Made by a program: the position numbers and the translations under genes. The notes below the pieces were generated by a model that was not told the origin of the DNA, searched no databases, and saw only the letters and a program-made list of their open reading frames with translations. Of a stretch of 25,373 nucleotides of DNA, positions 12,517-22,325 are shown piece after piece. The DNA comes from Escherichia coli (GTDB lineage Bacteria; Pseudomonadota; Gammaproteobacteria; Enterobacterales; Enterobacteriaceae): NCBI RefSeq assembly GCF_003334765.1, contig NZ_QOWT01000045.1; one strand, written 5' to 3'. Position 1 is the stretch's first letter. Every line of letters starts with the position of its first letter.

Positions 12517-13200
12517 ATGAAACTGCTGATTGTCGAAGATGAAAAGAAAACCGGAGAATACTTGACCAAAGGGTTAACCGAAGCCGGTTTTGTGGTCGAT
12601 TTGGCCGACAACGGGCTGAATGGCTACCATCTGGCGATGACCGGAGATTATGACCTGATAATCCTCGATATTATGCTGCCGGACGTGAACGGCTGGGATA
12701 TCGTGCGCATGTTGCGCTCCGCCAATAAAGGGATGCCGATTCTGTTGCTTACCGCGCTTGGCACCATTGAACATCGCGTCAAGGGGCTGGAGTTGGGGGC
12801 CGATGACTATCTGGTGAAGCCGTTCGCTTTTGCTGAACTGCTGGCGCGGGTGCGCACTCTCCTGCGGCGCGGGGCGGCGGTGATTATCGAAAGTCAGTTT
12901 CAGGTTGCCGATCTGATGGTCGATCTCGTCAGCCGCAAAGTCACCCGCAGCGGCACGCGCATCACTCTGACCAGTAAAGAATTTACTCTGCTGGAGTTTT
13001 TCCTTCGCCATCAGGGCGAAGTGCTGCCCCGCTCGCTTATCGCCTCGCAGGTATGGGACATGAATTTCGACAGCGACACTAACGCCATTGATGTGGCGGT
13101 GAAGCGGCTACGCGGCAAAATCGACAACGACTTTGAGCCGAAGCTGATTCAAACCGTGCGCGGCGTGGGTTACATGCTTGAGGTGCCGGATGGTCAGTAA
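12517..13200 (+). CDS. cusR: Copper-responsive two-component response regulator CusR (OmpR family), 227 aa
   Basis: [70 protein letters not shown]..., receiver plus winged-helix domains. Confidence 0.95.
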
Positions 13201-14632
13201 GCCATTTCAGCGCCCGTTTTCGCTGGCAACCCGCCTGACCTTTTTTATCAGCCTGGCCACCATCACGGCGTTTTTCGCCTTTGCATGGATCATGATCCAC
13301 TCAGTAAAAGTGCATTTTGCCGAGCAGGATATTAATGATTTAAAAGAGATTAGCGCCACCCTTGAACGGGTACTAAATCACCCTGACGAAACGCAAGCCC
13401 GACGCTTAATGACGCTGGAAGATATCGTCAGTGGTTATTCCAATGTGTTGATTTCCCTGGCAGATAGTCAGGGTAAAACGGTGTATCACTCCCCCGGTGC
13501 GCCCGATATCCGCGAGTTTACGCGTGACGCCATACCCGATAAAGACGCGCGGGGCGGCGAGGTGTATCTCCTTTCCGGCCCGACGATTATGATGCCAGGG
13601 CACGGTCACGGGCATATGGAACACAGCAACTGGCGGATGATTAACTTACCGGTTGGCCCGCTGGTTGACGGCAAACCGATTTATACGCTCTACATCGCGC
13701 TTTCGATCGATTTTCATCTTCATTACATAAATGATTTGATGAATAAACTTATTATGACCGCATCGGTAATCAGCATCCTGATCGTCTTTATCGTGCTGTT
13801 GGCGGTACATAAAGGTCACGCGCCGATCCGCAGCGTCAGCCGTCAAATCCAGAATATTACCTCGAAAGATCTCGACGTTCGCCTTGACCCGCAGACCGTG
13901 CCCATTGAGCTGGAACAGCTGGTACTGTCGTTCAACCATATGATCGAGCGTATTGAGGATGTCTTTACCCGCCAGTCCAATTTCTCAGCGGATATCGCTC
14001 ACGAAATTCGCACACCAATTACGAATCTCATAACGCAAACCGAAATCGCCCTCAGCCAGTCGCGCAGCCAGAAGGAGCTGGAAGATGTGCTCTACTCTAA
14101 TCTCGAAGAGCTGACGCGAATGGCGAAAATGGTCAGCGATATGCTGTTTCTCGCTCAGGCCGATAACAACCAGCTAATCCCCGAAAAGAAAATGCTCAAC
14201 CTGGCGGATGAAGTCGGCAAAGTGTTCGATTTTTTCGAGGCGTTAGCGGAAGATCGCGGCGTGGAGTTGCGGTTTGTTGGCGACAAGTGTCAGGTCGCGG
14301 GCGATCCGCTGATGCTGCGTCGGGCGCTAAGCAACCTGCTTTCGAACGCCCTGCGTTATACGCCAACCGGAGAGACAATTGTAGTGCGCTGTCAGACGGT
14401 CGATCACCTGGTGCAAGTTATCGTCGAAAACCCCGGTACGCCCATTGCGCCCGAGCACTTACCGCGATTGTTTGACCGTTTCTATCGCGTTGACCCCTCC
14501 CGCCAGCGAAAAGGTGAAGGTAGCGGTATTGGCCTGGCGATAGTGAAATCGATTGTTGTCGCGCATAAAGGCACGGTTGCGGTAACGTCGGATGCGCGGG
14601 GGACAAGGTTTGTTATCACATTACCCGCTTAA
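13190..14632 (+). CDS. cusS: Copper/silver sensor histidine kinase CusS, 480 aa
   Basis: ATG at 13190 overlaps the cusR stop by 11 nt. [31 protein letters not shown]..., with H-box [10 protein letters not shown] and C-terminal ATPase motifs. Confidence 0.9.
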
Positions 14633-14781
14633 TCCTTCAGCAAACGGCAACTTTTATAACCAGTGTAAAAATAACGTGCCGCAATAGTCATACCTATTAA
14701 TGGTAAAAAGCTGTCACAATTCATAAAAAACCTTAATATACGCCACCCTAAACATAACCAGCGTTAATGTAAGGTTTTTGT

Positions 14782-17019
14782 GTGGACTGGCTTCTTGATG
14801 TTTTTGCTACCTGGCTCTACGGCTTAAAAGTAATCGCGATAACGTTAGCGGTCATCATGTTCATCAGCGGGCTGGACGATTTTTTTATTGATGTCGTCTA
14901 CTGGGTACGCCGCATTAAACGCAAGTTGAGTGTTTATCGCCGCTACCCGCGAATGAGTTACCGCGAACTGTATAAACCAGATGAAAAACCGTTAGCGATT
15001 ATGGTTCCGGCGTGGAATGAAACGGGCGTCATCGGCAATATGGCCGAGCTGGCGGCGACCACGCTCGACTACGAAAACTATCATATCTTTGTTGGCACCT
15101 ACCCCAACGCCCCCGATACTCAGCGTGATGTTGACGAAGTGTGCGCTCGCTTCCCGAATGTGCATAAGGTAGTCTGCGCGCGTCCTGGCCCCACCAGCAA
15201 AGCCGACTGTCTGAACAACGTGCTGGACGCCATCACCCAATTTGAGCGTAGCGCCAATTTCGCTTTTGCTGGTTTTATTCTGCATGACGCCGAAGATGTG
15301 ATTTCACCGATGGAATTGCGTCTGTTCAACTATCTGGTCGAGCGTAAAGATCTGATTCAGATCCCGGTGTATCCGTTCGAACGCGAATGGACGCACTTCA
15401 CCAGCATGACTTACATTGATGAGTTTTCAGAGCTGCATGGCAAAGATGTTCCGGTGCGTGAAGCCCTCGCCGGACAAGTGCCCAGCGCAGGCGTCGGCAC
15501 CTGTTTCAGCCGCCGCGCCGTGACCGCACTGTTAGCTGACGGTGACGGTATTGCTTTCGACGTGCAGAGTCTTACTGAAGATTACGACATTGGCTTCCGC
15601 CTGAAAGAAAAAGGTATGACGGAAATTTTTGTCCGTTTTCCGGTGGTGGACGAAGCCAAAGAACGCGAGCAGCGTAAATTTTTACAGCACGCGCGGACAT
15701 CAAACATGATCTGCGTGCGCGAATATTTCCCCGATACCTTTTCGACTGCGGTTCGACAAAAATCCCGCTGGATCATCGGCATTGTTTTCCAAGGCTTTAA
15801 AACCCATAAATGGACCTCCAGCCTGACGCTGAACTACTTTCTCTGGCGCGACCGCAAAGGGGCAATCAGTAACTTTGTCAGCTTCCTCGCGATGCTGGTG
15901 ATGATCCAGCTTTTGCTGTTGCTGGCGTATGAAAGTTTGTGGCCCGATGCCTGGCATTTCCTTTCTATTTTCAGCGGCAGCGCATGGTTAATGACCCTGC
16001 TGTGGCTAAACTTTGGTTTGATGGTTAACCGCATCGTGCAGCGGGTGATTTTCGTTACTGGCTACTACGGCCTGACGCAGGGGCTGCTTTCCGTCCTGCG
16101 TCTTTTCTGGGGCAACCTGATTAACTTCATGGCCAACTGGCGCGCGCTAAAACAGGTACTTCAACACGGCGATCCACGTCGCGTGGCGTGGGATAAAACA
16201 ACGCATGACTTCCCCAGCGTGACTGGCGATACCCGCTCGTTGCGCCCGTTAGGTCAAATTCTGCTGGAAAATCAGGTCATCACTGAAGAACAACTCGATA
16301 CAGCACTGCGTAATCGCGTCGAAGGTCTACGCCTGGGCGGTTCAATGCTGATGCAGGGGCTGATTAGCGCCGAGCAGCTGGCACAGGCGCTGGCAGAGCA
16401 AAACGGCGTGGCGTGGGAATCCATCGATGCCTGGCAGATCCCTTCCTCGCTGATTGCCGAAATGCCGGCCTCCGTGGCGCTGCATTATGCGGTACTGCCG
16501 CTGCGTCTGGAAAATGACGAGTTAATTGTCGGCAGTGAAGATGGTATTGACCCGGTTTCGCTGGCGGCCCTGACGCGTAAAGTCGGACGCAAAGTGCGTT
16601 ACGTCATTGTTCTGCGGGGACAAATTGTCACAGGGTTACGTCACTGGTATGCACGCCGACGCGGTCACGATCCGCGGGCAATGTTGTACAATGCGGTTCA
16701 GCATCAGTGGCTCACGGAACAGCAGGCCGGTGAAATCTGGCGGCAATATGTGCCGCATCAGTTCCTGTTCGCCGAAATACTGACCACGCTCGGTCATATT
16801 AATCGTTCAGCAATTAACGTGTTGTTATTGCGCCATGAACGCAGTTCTCTGCCGCTCGGCAAGTTTTTGGTCACCGAAGGCGTTATCAGCCAGGAAACGT
16901 TGGATCGCGTCCTGACAATTCAACGCGAATTACAAGTTTCGATGCAATCACTATTACTCAAAGCAGGTTTAAACACAGAACAGGTTGCGCAACTGGAGTC
17001 CGAAAATGAAGGAGAATAA
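14782..17019 (+). CDS. nfrB: Phage N4 adsorption protein B: inner-membrane family-2 glycosyltransferase with C-terminal MshEN-type c-di-GMP-binding domain, 745 aa
   Basis: GTG start 14782: MDWLLDVFATWLYGLKVIAITLAVIMF.... Two RLGxxLLxxGLIxxxxLxxxLxxQ-like motifs at 16330..16401 and 16852..16923. Confidence 0.9.
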   Translation: MDWLLDVFATWLYGLKVIAITLAVIMFISGLDDFFIDVVYWVRRIKRKLSVYRRYPRMSYRELYKPDEKPLAIMVPAWNETGVIGNMAELAATTLDYENYHIFVGTYPNAPDTQRDVDEVCARFPNVHKVVCARPGPTSKADCLNNVLDAITQFERSANFAFAGFILHDAEDVISPMELRLFNYLVERKDLIQIPVYPFEREWTHFTSMTYIDEFSELHGKDVPVREALAGQVPSAGVGTCFSRRAVTALLADGDGIAFDVQSLTEDYDIGFRLKEKGMTEIFVRFPVVDEAKEREQRKFLQHARTSNMICVREYFPDTFSTAVRQKSRWIIGIVFQGFKTHKWTSSLTLNYFLWRDRKGAISNFVSFLAMLVMIQLLLLLAYESLWPDAWHFLSIFSGSAWLMTLLWLNFGLMVNRIVQRVIFVTGYYGLTQGLLSVLRLFWGNLINFMANWRALKQVLQHGDPRRVAWDKTTHDFPSVTGDTRSLRPLGQILLENQVITEEQLDTALRNRVEGLRLGGSMLMQGLISAEQLAQALAEQNGVAWESIDAWQIPSSLIAEMPASVALHYAVLPLRLENDELIVGSEDGIDPVSLAALTRKVGRKVRYVIVLRGQIVTGLRHWYARRRGHDPRAMLYNAVQHQWLTEQQAGEIWRQYVPHQFLFAEILTTLGHINRSAINVLLLRHERSSLPLGKFLVTEGVISQETLDRVLTIQRELQVSMQSLLLKAGLNTEQVAQLESENEGE

Positions 17020-19978
17020 CCTTAATCGCGTCATCGGATGGTCTGGTTTACTGCTGACGTCTTTATTGAGTACCAGCGCACTCGCAGACAATATCGGCAC
17101 CAGCGCAGAAGAGCTGGGGCTGAGCGATTATCGCCATTTTGTTATTTATCCCCGTCTCGATAAAGCGCTGAAGGCACAGAAAAATAACGACGAAGCAACC
17201 GCCATCCGCGAATTTGAATATATACACCAGCAGGTGCCGGATAATATTCCGCTGACTTTATACCTTGCGGAAGCCTATCGCCATTTTGGTCATGATGACC
17301 GGGCGCGGCTGTTGCTTGAGGATCAACTGAAACGTCACCCAGGAGATGCCCGACTTGAGCGCAGTCTGGCGGCTATTCCGGTTGAAGTGAAAAGCGTTAC
17401 GACAGTTGAAGAACTGCTTGCCCAGCAAAAAGCGTGCGATGCTGCGCCGACCCTGCGTTGTCGCAGTGAAGTCGGGCAGAATGCCCTGCGGCTGGCACAG
17501 TTACCTGTCGCCAGAGCGCAACTGAACGATGCGACGTTTGCTGCATCGCCGGAAGGAAAAACGCTGCGAACCGATCTGCTGCAACGGGCAATCTACCTGA
17601 AACAATGGTCCCAGGCAGATACGCTATACAATGAAGCACGCCAGCAGAACACATTAAGCGCGGCAGAACGCCGTCAGTGGTTTGACGTGCTTCTTGCCGG
17701 GCAGCTGGACGATCGGATCCTGGCACTGCAATCACAGGGGATCTTCACCGATCCTCAGTCATATATTACTTACGCGACCGCGCTGGCTTATCGTGGCGAA
17801 AAAGCACGCCTCCAGCATTATCTCATTGAAAATAAGCCACTATTTACCACGGACGCACAAGAGAAAAGTTGGCTCTATCTGTTATCTAAATACAGCGCTA
17901 ACCCCGTTCAGGCGTTGGCGAATTATACGGTACAGTTTGCCGACAACCGCCAGTATGTTGTTGGCGCGACGCTACCGGTGCTGTTAAAAGAAGGTCAGTA
18001 CGACGCAGCGCAAAAACTGCTCGCCACCCTCCCCGCCAATGAAATGCTTGAGGAGCGTTATGCTGTCAGCGTGGCGACCCGTAACAAGGCTGAAGCTCTG
18101 CGTCTGGCACGATTGCTGTATCAGCAAGAACCGGCAAATCTTACCCGCCTGGATCAACTAACCTGGCAACTGATGCAGAACGAGCAGTCACGCGAAGCTG
18201 CCGATTTATTGCTGCAACGCTATCCTTTCCAGGGCGATGCGCGTGTCAGCCAGACTTTAATGGCGCGACTGGCGTCTCTGCTGGAAAGTCATCCTTACCT
18301 GGCAACGCCGGCGAAGGTGGCGATTTTATCGAAACCCTTACCGCTGGCGGAGCAACGTCAGTGGCAAAGTCAGTTGCCGGGTATTGCAGATAATTGCCCG
18401 GCAATAGTTCGCTTGCTGGGCGATATGTCGCCTTCCTACGATGCCGCCGCCTGGAACCGTCTGGCAAAGTGTTATCGGGACACGCTACCCGGTGTGGCGT
18501 TGTATGCATGGCTTCAGGCCGAACAACGACAACCGAGCGCCTGGCAACATCGTGCGGTAGCCTATCAGGCGTATCAGGTTGAGGACTACGCCACCGCACT
18601 GGCGGCCTGGCAGAAAATCAGTCTTCACGACATGAGCAATGAGGATCTGCTTGCTGCTGCCAATACCGCCCAGGCGGCAGGAAATGGTGCGGCTCGCGAT
18701 CGCTGGCTACAACAGGCAGAAAAACGTGGACTGGGAAGCAATGCCCTCTACTGGTGGCTGCATGCGCAACGTTACATTCCTGGTCAGCCGGAACTCGCAC
18801 TGAACGATCTCACGCGCTCAATCAATATTGCGCCTTCTGCCAACGCTTACGTTGCGCGGGCGACAATTTATCGCCAACGTCATAATGTCCCGGCCGCGGT
18901 GAGTGATTTGCGCGCCGCGCTGGAACTGGAACCGAATAATAGCAACACCCAGGCAGCGCTTGGTTACGCCTTGTGGGATAGCGGTGATATCGCACAGTCG
19001 CGGGAAATGCTCGAACCGGCGCATAAAGGGCTTCCGGACGATCCGGCACTGATCCGACAACTGGCCTACGTGAACCAGCGTCTGGATGACATGCCTGCGA
19101 CGCAGCACTACGCCCGGCTGGTGATTGATGACATTGATAATCAGGCGCTGATAACCCCACTGACCCCAGAACAAAATCAACAACGCTTCAATTTCCGCCG
19201 TTTGCATGAGGAGGTCGGTCGCCGCTGGACGTTCAGTTTCGATTCTTCCATCGGCTTGCGTTCCGGCGCAATGAGTACCGCTAACAATAATGTCGGCGGC
19301 GCAGCGCCAGGGAAAAGCTATCGTAGCTACGGACAACTGGAAGCCGAGTACCGCATCGGACGCAATATGCTGCTGGAAGGCGACCTGCTCTCAGTTTATA
19401 GCCGCGTCTTTGCCGATACCGGAGAAAACGGGGTGATGATGCCGGTGAAAAATCCGATGTCCGGCACCGGTCTGCGCTGGAAGCCGCTGCGCGATCAGAT
19501 CTTTTTCATCGCCGTCGAACAGCAGTTGCCGCTGAACGGCCAAAATGGCGCATCCGATACCATGCTGCGCGCCAGCGCCTCATTCTTTAATGGCGGCAAA
19601 TACAGCGACGAATGGCACCCGAACGGTTCAGGCTGGTTTGCCCAAAACCTGTACCTCGATGCGGCGCAATATATCCGCCAGGATATTCAGGCGTGGACGG
19701 CAGATTATCGCGTCAGCTGGCATCAGAAGGTAGCTAACGGACAGACTATTGAGCCTTACGCTCACGTTCAGGACAACGGCTATCGTGATAAAGGCACTCA
19801 GGGCGCGCAGCTTGGCGGAGTCGGGGTCCGCTGGAATATCTGGACCGGCGAGACGCACTACGACGCCTGGCCGCACAAAGTCAGTCTCGGCGTCGAGTAT
19901 CAACATACCTTTAAGGCGATTAATCAACGTAACGGAGAGCGCAACAACGCGTTTCTCACCATTGGAGTGCACTGGTAA
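17006..19978 (+). CDS. nfrA: Phage N4 adsorption protein A: outer-membrane protein with TPR-rich periplasmic part and C-terminal beta-barrel, 990 aa
   Basis: ATG at 17006 overlaps the nfrB 3' end by 14 nt. MKENNLNRVIGWSGLLLTSLLSTSALA..., recognised as NfrA. Confidence 0.9.
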   Translation: MKENNLNRVIGWSGLLLTSLLSTSALADNIGTSAEELGLSDYRHFVIYPRLDKALKAQKNNDEATAIREFEYIHQQVPDNIPLTLYLAEAYRHFGHDDRARLLLEDQLKRHPGDARLERSLAAIPVEVKSVTTVEELLAQQKACDAAPTLRCRSEVGQNALRLAQLPVARAQLNDATFAASPEGKTLRTDLLQRAIYLKQWSQADTLYNEARQQNTLSAAERRQWFDVLLAGQLDDRILALQSQGIFTDPQSYITYATALAYRGEKARLQHYLIENKPLFTTDAQEKSWLYLLSKYSANPVQALANYTVQFADNRQYVVGATLPVLLKEGQYDAAQKLLATLPANEMLEERYAVSVATRNKAEALRLARLLYQQEPANLTRLDQLTWQLMQNEQSREAADLLLQRYPFQGDARVSQTLMARLASLLESHPYLATPAKVAILSKPLPLAEQRQWQSQLPGIADNCPAIVRLLGDMSPSYDAAAWNRLAKCYRDTLPGVALYAWLQAEQRQPSAWQHRAVAYQAYQVEDYATALAAWQKISLHDMSNEDLLAAANTAQAAGNGAARDRWLQQAEKRGLGSNALYWWLHAQRYIPGQPELALNDLTRSINIAPSANAYVARATIYRQRHNVPAAVSDLRAALELEPNNSNTQAALGYALWDSGDIAQSREMLEPAHKGLPDDPALIRQLAYVNQRLDDMPATQHYARLVIDDIDNQALITPLTPEQNQQRFNFRRLHEEVGRRWTFSFDSSIGLRSGAMSTANNNVGGAAPGKSYRSYGQLEAEYRIGRNMLLEGDLLSVYSRVFADTGENGVMMPVKNPMSGTGLRWKPLRDQIFFIAVEQQLPLNGQNGASDTMLRASASFFNGGKYSDEWHPNGSGWFAQNLYLDAAQYIRQDIQAWTADYRVSWHQKVANGQTIEPYAHVQDNGYRDKGTQGAQLGGVGVRWNIWTGETHYDAWPHKVSLGVEYQHTFKAINQRNGERNNAFLTIGVHW

Positions 19979-20869
19979 ATGCGTAAGTTCATTTTCGTAT
20001 TGCTGACACTGCTTTTGGTCAGCCCTTTTTCCTTTGCGATGAAAGGTATTATCTGGCAACCACAAAACCGAGATAGTCAGGTTACCGATACCCAGTGGCA
20101 GGGGCTGATGAGTCAGTTACGTTTGCAAGGCTTCGATACCCTTGTTTTGCAATGGACCCGTTACGGCGATGCATTTACCCAGCCAGAACAGCGCACGTTA
20201 TTGTTTAAGCGGGCCGCAGCTGCGCAACAGGCTGGTCTGAAGCTTATTGTCGGGCTGAACGCCGATCCGGAATTTTTTATGCACCAGAAACAGTCGTCCG
20301 CAGCGCTGGAAAGCTATCTTAATCGCCTGCTGGCTGCCGATCTCCAGCAAGCCAGATTATGGAGCGCCGCGCCTGGCATAACGCCGGATGGCTGGTACAT
20401 CAGCGCGGAAATTGACGACCTGAACTGGCGCAGCGAAGCCGCCCGTCAGCCTTTGCTAACATGGTTAAACAACGCGCAGCGGCTGATTAGCGATGTTTCA
20501 GCAAAACCGGTTTATATCAGTAGTTTTTTCGCCGGAAACATGTCGCCCGATGGCTATCGCCAACTGCTGGAACACGTTAAAGCAACCGGCGTTAATGTCT
20601 GGGTACAGGATGGCAGCGGCGTGGATAAACTGACCGCTGAACAGCGTGAACGTTATTTACAGGCCAGCGCCGATTGCCAAAGTCCCGCCCCTGCCAGCGG
20701 CGTTGTTTATGAACTTTTTGTCGCCGGCAAAGGCAAAACCTTTACAGCGAAACCGAAACCGGACGCAGAAATTGCCTCGCTGTTAGCGAAACGTTCCTCT
20801 TGCGGTAAAGACACTCTCTATTTCTCTCTGCGCTATTTGCCCGTCGCGCACGGCATTCTCGAGTATTAA
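19979..20869 (+). CDS. ybcH: Uncharacterized secreted/periplasmic protein YbcH, 296 aa, third gene of the nfrBA operon
   Basis: ATG immediately follows the nfrA TAA (TAAATG). MRKFIFVLLTLLLVSPFSFAMKGIIWQP... with an N-terminal signal peptide. Confidence 0.85.
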   Translation: MRKFIFVLLTLLLVSPFSFAMKGIIWQPQNRDSQVTDTQWQGLMSQLRLQGFDTLVLQWTRYGDAFTQPEQRTLLFKRAAAAQQAGLKLIVGLNADPEFFMHQKQSSAALESYLNRLLAADLQQARLWSAAPGITPDGWYISAEIDDLNWRSEAARQPLLTWLNNAQRLISDVSAKPVYISSFFAGNMSPDGYRQLLEHVKATGVNVWVQDGSGVDKLTAEQRERYLQASADCQSPAPASGVVYELFVAGKGKTFTAKPKPDAEIASLLAKRSSCGKDTLYFSLRYLPVAHGILEY

Positions 20870-21051
20870 ATCTCCTCCAGGTAAGTCGGGTACGACCTGG
20901 CTTACCTCTTTCGCTCTCATCAGAATTCCATCAAGATTAATTGCTAAAAAGCGTGCTAAAGAAAGAAGATCGTTATCGGCGAACGGGCCGATCACTCATG
21001 CAGGAAGCATAGATCCTTTGAGCGGAGTTTCTGATATCTGAGGAGTGCGAA

Positions 21052-21813
21052 ATGCAATTGAGCAGCAGTGAACCTTGCGTGGTGATCCTGACCGAAAAAG
21101 AGGTAGAGGTAAGCGTCAATAACCATGCTACGTTTACCCTTCCGAAAAACTACCTGGCCGCCTTCGCGTGCAACAATAACGTCATTGAACTCTCAACGTT
21201 AAATCACGTATTAATCACCCACATCAACCGTAACATCATCAACGATTATCTGTTGTTTTTAAATAAGAACTTAACCTGTGTAAAGCCCTGGTCGCGGCTG
21301 GCAACCCCGGTTATCGCTTGTCATAGCCGTACACCGGAAGTGTTCCGGCTAGCCGCCAACCACAGCAAGCAGCAACCCAGCAGACCCTGCGAAGCGGAGT
21401 TGACGCGCGCATTGCTTTTTACCGTATTGTCTAACTTTCTTGAGCAATCGCGGTTTATTGCCCTACTGATGTATATCTTACGCAGCAGCGTCCGCGACAG
21501 CGTCTGCCGCATTATTCAAAGCGATATTCAGCATTACTGGAATCTGCGAATTGTCGCCAGTTCGCTATGTTTAAGCCCCAGCCTGCTCAAAAAGAAATTA
21601 AAAAACGAAAATACCAGCTATAGCCAGATTGTCACAGAGTGTCGTATGCGTTACGCCGTACAGATGTTATTGATGGATAACAAAAATATCACTCAGGTGG
21701 CGCAATTATGTGGCTATAGCAGCACGTCGTACTTTATCTCTGTTTTTAAGGCGTTTTACGGCCTGACACCGTTGAATTATCTCGCCAAACAGCGACAAAA
21801 AGTGATGTGGTGA
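21052..21813 (+). CDS. envY: AraC/XylS-family transcriptional regulator EnvY (porin thermoregulation), 253 aa
   Basis: ORF MQLSSSEPCVVILTEKEVEVSVNNHATF... with C-terminal AraC-type helix-turn-helix (GYSSTSYFISVFKAFYGLTPLNYL). Confidence 0.85.
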   Translation: MQLSSSEPCVVILTEKEVEVSVNNHATFTLPKNYLAAFACNNNVIELSTLNHVLITHINRNIINDYLLFLNKNLTCVKPWSRLATPVIACHSRTPEVFRLAANHSKQQPSRPCEAELTRALLFTVLSNFLEQSRFIALLMYILRSSVRDSVCRIIQSDIQHYWNLRIVASSLCLSPSLLKKKLKNENTSYSQIVTECRMRYAVQMLLMDNKNITQVAQLCGYSSTSYFISVFKAFYGLTPLNYLAKQRQKVMW

Positions 21814-21858
21814 AGGGCAAAGCGGAAACGGATAAGACGGGCATAAATGAGGAAGAAA

Positions 21859-21903
21859 TGGCGCGCCCTGCAGGATTCGAACCTGCGGCCCACGACTTAG
21901 AAG
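21859..21903 (-). pseudogene. pauD: Truncated tRNA-Arg(UCU) 3' fragment (pauD-like), the prophage attachment scar of an argU-integrated lambdoid element
   Basis: Minus-strand sense reads CTTCTAAGTCGTGGGCCGCAGGTTCGAATCCTGCAGGGCGCGCCA: anticodon loop with TCT, complete T-arm, acceptor 3' half and CCA, but no D-arm or 5' acceptor half. Identity to argU as I recall it ends at 21903/21904. Confidence 0.8.
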
Positions 21904-22325
21904 TTCCTAGAACGACATTTTAAGTCAACAACTTACCGCGCCATCTCTGCGCTCACACGTCCCACTACCTCAAAACATGTAAAGCCTTGCAAGCCATTGT
22001 GAGGCCTTATGTGTCTCAGTTTTGTCCCTCTTTTTTGTACCAAAAAACATAGCAATTGAGGATAAACCTCATGCTATTTTCGCTTATATGCCTCTAAAGG
22101 CATGGCGCTTAAATAGATAAAAACACCACAAAAGCATAAAAAACCACACAGTAAAACCGCAACATAAAACAATAACAGATAATTAAACCAAAAACAGATA
22201 GCGCATTGTGATAATCATTCAATACTAAACAAAATATAAACAGTGGAGCAATATGTAATTGACTCATTAAGTTAGATATAAAAAATACATATTCAATCAT
22301 TAAAACGATTGAATGGAGAACTTTT

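Noticed and set aside
13079-14606. Minus- and plus-strand small ORFs (60-97 aa) overlapping cusR/cusS
   Set aside because: Antisense or alternative-frame to the recognised two-component genes, with no independent signals.
17397-19336. Minus-strand ORFs (112-172 aa) within nfrA, and plus-strand ORFs 17682..17987 and 18394..18582
   Set aside because: Embedded in or antisense to the well-supported 990-aa nfrA ORF; Arg/Pro/Ala-rich low-complexity translations.
20886-20916. Short inverted repeat CCAGGT-n12-ACCTGG after ybcH as a terminator
   Set aside because: Only a 6-bp stem with a weak T-tract (CTTACCTCTTTCGC); too marginal to call without 3' end data.
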